Shown: piece by piece, positions 34,579 to 38,070 of the stretch
Layout: every line of letters begins with the position of its first letter
Numbering within the stretch: position 1 is the first letter of the stretch
Assembly (NCBI GenBank): GCA_964417995.1
Contig: CAYQJZ010000014.1
Span: 1 to 38,070, forward strand
Length of the DNA: 38,070 nt
DNA from: an uncultured Bifidobacterium sp.
Lineage (GTDB): Bacteria > Actinomycetota > Actinomycetes > Actinomycetales > Bifidobacteriaceae
Reading direction: 5' to 3'
The notes under the pieces: model-generated
What the model was told of the DNA's origin: nothing
The model's input: only the letters and a program-made list of their open reading frames with translations
The model's database searches: none
Made by a program: the position numbers and the translations under genes

Positions 34579-34619
34579 TTCTGAACAGACGGTCATTTGA
34601 ACAGAAGGTCATCTGAACA
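34579..34619. repeat. 16-bp tandem repeat (~2.5 units)
   Basis: TTCTGAACAGACGGTC ATTTGAACAGAAGGTC ATCTGAACA. Confidence 0.7.
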
Positions 34620-34777
34620 AGACTAAGTGGAATTAGGCAGGGCAACAGAGCATATACGCATATACCAACTCATATTGAATAAGAGCCTGCTCCTGCTACT
34701 TCGCGCTGAATGGTTGCCTGTTGTCAGCACGACACGCAGCTCATCATATGGAAAGGAAACGCTACAATTCACCCATA

Positions 34778-34795
34778 TAAGCAAACGTTTGCTTA
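34778..34795. promoter_or_regulatory. LacI-family operator-like perfect 18-bp palindrome upstream of the GH32 gene
   Basis: TAAGCAAACGTTTGCTTA, with central CG and the AAACGTTT core typical of LacI/GalR operators. Confidence 0.75.
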
Positions 34796-34916
34796 AGAGT
34801 ATTTATATCCAGTTCCGCTTTTGTGTTGTTAGGGGATGGTTATTCGACGATATCGAACCCGTTCGAAGGCGGATGATCCACCCACAAACTGATTACCACC
34901 GGAAAGGACAATCATT

Positions 34917-36788
34917 ATGACCGAACCACGGCAAACCGGCTGCGTGAGCTTCGCCTTCGATGCCGACGGTTATACCGCACTCGATCTGTTTGCAGAACGT
35001 GTTGAGGGCAGCGAAGCCCCCAACGTACGTCTTACTGATTCCTGCGGGCTTGTTAGCGAACAGACTATGGACGCTGACCTGTATCGTCAGCGCATCACCA
35101 TCGCTCTTAACCCCGCCGAACGCTACACAGTTGAGGCTACTGCGATGACTGCGCCTTACGTGTATCTTTGCGGCGGTGATAATCTTCTCGACCGTGGAAT
35201 TCGGGTAATCAACGCTGATACGGGTGCTATCACTGCTGGCACTGGAGCTTTTGGAGAACTTGCCCCCTGCCGTGCTGCTGCACATTATGAACCGCCTGAA
35301 CATTGGATGAACGATCCAAACGGTTTATGTCGCTTCCAAGGGCGATACCACCTGTATTACCAGTTCAACCCCTACGGTTGGCAGTGGAGCAATATGCACT
35401 GGGGACATGCCGTCAGTAAGGATTTGGTTCATTGGACGCATTTGCCAGTATTCCTTGAGCCGCAGCGCGAACTCAACGCCGACCGTGGGCTAAGCGGTGG
35501 AGCGTTCTCTGGTTCGGCCATTCCTGTTGACGCTGATGGTCATCCATGCCCGGGAGATAAGGCCGCAGCAATTCGCTTCTATCTAACCCGTCACTGGGCT
35601 ACCGTTGACGATCCAGATTCAACAACTGAATACCAATCCACACTGTTGAGCACAGACAGCCTAACTCCTGGGCCAGAAACGCGCATTATCGATTACCCAG
35701 ATTCTTCTGTTGGTTTTGACTTCCGAGACCCGAAAATCGACACCGGTTTTGACGGTGGCGCAATGATTGTTACCGGCACGTTCCTTACTAATGAGGCTGC
35801 AGGGGTTACAGCTTCCACTGATTCAGCATCCGTAGGTTTAGATACCGCAGATGTACAGCCTCAGCCTGGTGTATCCACAGACTTCGACGATGGTGGCTGG
35901 TTTACTACCGATGCACGTGGAACCGCTGGTCAGCAGCCTGACATGGAACATATCCCAGCCATTGTTGCTTTCCGTAACACCACGCCTGACCTGCGCAACG
36001 ATGCCTGGCAGTATGTAGGTCCGGTATTAGTTGATAAGGGGTACCATATCGGTCGCACTGTTGAATGCCCCGACGCTTTCCCCCTCGACGGCTCCGATGT
36101 GGTAATCGGCGCAATCATGCATATTCGCACTCAAACTGGTACTTTCCAACCAATCCGCTGGTATGTTGGCTCAGTAGACAACGACCGTCTCAGTGTGCAG
36201 AACTCCGGGTGGGTGGATTTTGGCAACTGTTACTATGCTGTGCAGTCATTCCGTGACGACAACGGGCGGCGTATTGCTATCGGTTGGCTTGCTGACTGGT
36301 TTGGTGTGCGCCGTGAAGCACCGGGGCGTGCAAATGGCGCAATGTCATTGCCGCGCGAACTGCATGTGCGCAATGGAAAACTATACTCCCGTCCAGTTTC
36401 TGAGGTTTACGACGCGCTTGGCGATTGTGTGACCGGCGCTGATGGCGTATGGCAACTATCCAATAACGCTTACTATGCCGATATTCGACCATGCGGAGAT
36501 ACGAGTGTGACGTTATGTGACACGGGCAGTGGCGCGTGGCATATGGAGATTCGTAACGGCGTAGTGCGCTGCACCAACACAGGTATGGGCTGCGGCGATG
36601 ACGTATCGTGTGTAGCCGAGGTAGCCGAAGTACACCGGGTTGAGGTGTTCTACGATCGCGGCATTATCGAGGTGTTCGTCAACGACGGTGAGGCAGCGGG
36701 TGCAATGCTTGCTTATGATCCTCGTAATACTGGCGAATTGCGCGTAACGGGAAACTACACCTGCGAGGTGCGTCAATTCGGTTGCTGA
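34917..36788 (+). CDS. GH32 beta-fructofuranosidase/fructan hydrolase, cytoplasmic
   Basis: WMNDPNG, HWGHAVS, FSGSA, FRDP, VECPD, IEVFVNDG; RBS GGAAAGGA; no signal peptide. Confidence 0.93.
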   Translation: MTEPRQTGCVSFAFDADGYTALDLFAERVEGSEAPNVRLTDSCGLVSEQTMDADLYRQRITIALNPAERYTVEATAMTAPYVYLCGGDNLLDRGIRVINADTGAITAGTGAFGELAPCRAAAHYEPPEHWMNDPNGLCRFQGRYHLYYQFNPYGWQWSNMHWGHAVSKDLVHWTHLPVFLEPQRELNADRGLSGGAFSGSAIPVDADGHPCPGDKAAAIRFYLTRHWATVDDPDSTTEYQSTLLSTDSLTPGPETRIIDYPDSSVGFDFRDPKIDTGFDGGAMIVTGTFLTNEAAGVTASTDSASVGLDTADVQPQPGVSTDFDDGGWFTTDARGTAGQQPDMEHIPAIVAFRNTTPDLRNDAWQYVGPVLVDKGYHIGRTVECPDAFPLDGSDVVIGAIMHIRTQTGTFQPIRWYVGSVDNDRLSVQNSGWVDFGNCYYAVQSFRDDNGRRIAIGWLADWFGVRREAPGRANGAMSLPRELHVRNGKLYSRPVSEVYDALGDCVTGADGVWQLSNNAYYADIRPCGDTSVTLCDTGSGAWHMEIRNGVVRCTNTGMGCGDDVSCVAEVAEVHRVEVFYDRGIIEVFVNDGEAAGAMLAYDPRNTGELRVTGNYTCEVRQFGC

Positions 36789-36831
36789 ACACTGTACGTG
36801 AGTCTCAGCTCAAGGCATGAACGCGGAAAAG

Positions 36832-36863
36832 ATATGGCTCCCTGTATTCAGAGGGAGCCATAT
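36832..36863. terminator. Probable bidirectional terminator between convergent genes
   Basis: Perfect 12-bp IR ATATGGCTCCCT / AGGGAGCCATAT, preceded by AAAAG (U tail on the minus strand). Confidence 0.8.
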
Positions 36864-36925
36864 TGTGAACTGCCCTATTTTCTTGGATAGGGGAAACGGA
36901 AGGCAGCCCACTGTTTGATTACAAG

Positions 36926-37972
36926 CTATTGTTCAAATGGATAAGTCAATCCCCAATCGGCGCGAATAGAATCCATAAGCTCCATAATCCGCAGCGTGTC
37001 AGCATGAGGCATAGCCGCACATTCACTCTGCCCATCCACAATTGCATTCGCAGCATCAGCTACTTCATATTCGTATCCGGTTAATTGTGGGGGAATGTTA
37101 TGGGTAGTAACGAGCTGATGATTCTTGTCGTAGACATCCACACCCTCCACATTGTTGATATTCCGACAGACTAAATAACCATCAGTACCCCAGATATATC
37201 CGCCACGATCAGATGCCGTGAGCATAGAACTCTGAGCTGTGGCCATAGTGCCGTCCTGGTAATAGAGAGTTATGGAGTTCTGCGCGTCCACACCCGTGGA
37301 GTATGGCGTCATTGACGTATCGATATGATCAATTGGACGGTTCTTCATCACCATATCAATAAAATTGAGCGGATACACTCCGACGTCAAGCAAAGCGCCG
37401 CCAGCCAATGCTGGATCAGTGAGTCGTGCTTTACCGGTTACCGGATAGCATAAATTCGCATTGATAGCTTTTACCTCGCCGATTACACCTGAATCAACAA
37501 TCTCGTTGATAATGCTGCGTGACGGCATATAGCGCGTCCATATTGCCTCCGTACACAGCAGTCCAGTTTGATGCGCCACATTCAACAAATCTCGAGCCTG
37601 CGAGGCATTGGCAGTGAACGATTTTTCTACGAGAACGTTCTTTCCTGCTTCCAAACACATGATGCCCTGTTCGGCATGAAAATTGTGCGGAGTGGCGATA
37701 TATACCAGATCGACCAGTGGATCGTTAATCAGGGCCTCATAAGATCCATATGAAACTGGGAAACCGTACTGTTGAGCGAATTCAGACGCGTGGCTTTTAT
37801 CTCGTGAAGCAATCGCATAAGGGGAAACAAGGTTCTCATATCGAGGGTCTGCTGCCATTTTGACCAATGTGTCAGCCATTGAGCGTGCAATCCGGCCTGC
37901 GCCAAGAATTGCTACATTTACCGTCATATGTTCTGCTTGGGGCTGTCCGCGTTTGCTGTTAAGTCTGCTCAT
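36926..37972 (-). CDS. Gfo/Idh/MocA family NAD(P)-dependent oxidoreductase
   Basis: ILGAGRIA, VYIATPHNFH, VLVEKS, GGALLDVGVY; GGAG RBS before ATG 37972. Confidence 0.92.
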   Translation of the reverse strand: MSRLNSKRGQPQAEHMTVNVAILGAGRIARSMADTLVKMAADPRYENLVSPYAIASRDKSHASEFAQQYGFPVSYGSYEALINDPLVDLVYIATPHNFHAEQGIMCLEAGKNVLVEKSFTANASQARDLLNVAHQTGLLCTEAIWTRYMPSRSIINEIVDSGVIGEVKAINANLCYPVTGKARLTDPALAGGALLDVGVYPLNFIDMVMKNRPIDHIDTSMTPYSTGVDAQNSITLYYQDGTMATAQSSMLTASDRGGYIWGTDGYLVCRNINNVEGVDVYDKNHQLVTTHNIPPQLTGYEYEVADAANAIVDGQSECAAMPHADTLRIMELMDSIRADWGLTYPFEQ

Positions 37973-38070
37973 TGTTCTCCCGCCTTTGGGTGTGTTGGGT
38001 ATGTTAGGTATGTGGTCGCTGTGTAGTGGTCACGCGTTGTTTTTAGTCTATGTGCTTATACGTGTTCACT

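Noticed and set aside
34627-34920. 97-aa ORF upstream of the GH32 gene
   Set aside because: No motifs or clear RBS, and it spans the putative operator and promoter.

Overview
Core-genome window from a Bifidobacteriaceae-like actinobacterium. The lineage is inferred from RpoB/RpoC signatures and gene order; no species call is possible. Gene order: GH13 glycosidase (-), trmL (-), mutY, membrane protein, rpoB, rpoC, membrane-anchored serine hydrolase, adnA-adnB helicase-nuclease pair, GNAT, dapB, dapA, rnj, pepN, frameshifted and truncated LacI pseudogene, glmM, def, GH32 beta-fructofuranosidase with a perfect LacI-type operator, Gfo/Idh/MocA oxidoreductase (-). No cas, transposase, integrase, phage, tRNA or rRNA gene is visible. 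The most notable feature missed by the ORF track is a small non-autonomous mobile element (MITE) present twice in inverted orientation (69-221 and 34304-34518). It has 22-bp terminal inverted repeats of consensus GGCTCTG... and AT-rich 8-bp flanks, which is ISL3-like. The two copies bracket about 34 kb of essential genes. Three of their four flanks are the same octamer, and one copy carries an extra 28-bp repeat plus 33-bp unique unit. Also present are many short local tandem duplications, a G-U-rich hairpin after pepN, and rifampicin-pocket substitutions in RpoB. I found no clear new multi-gene system. All alignments and counts were done by eye.
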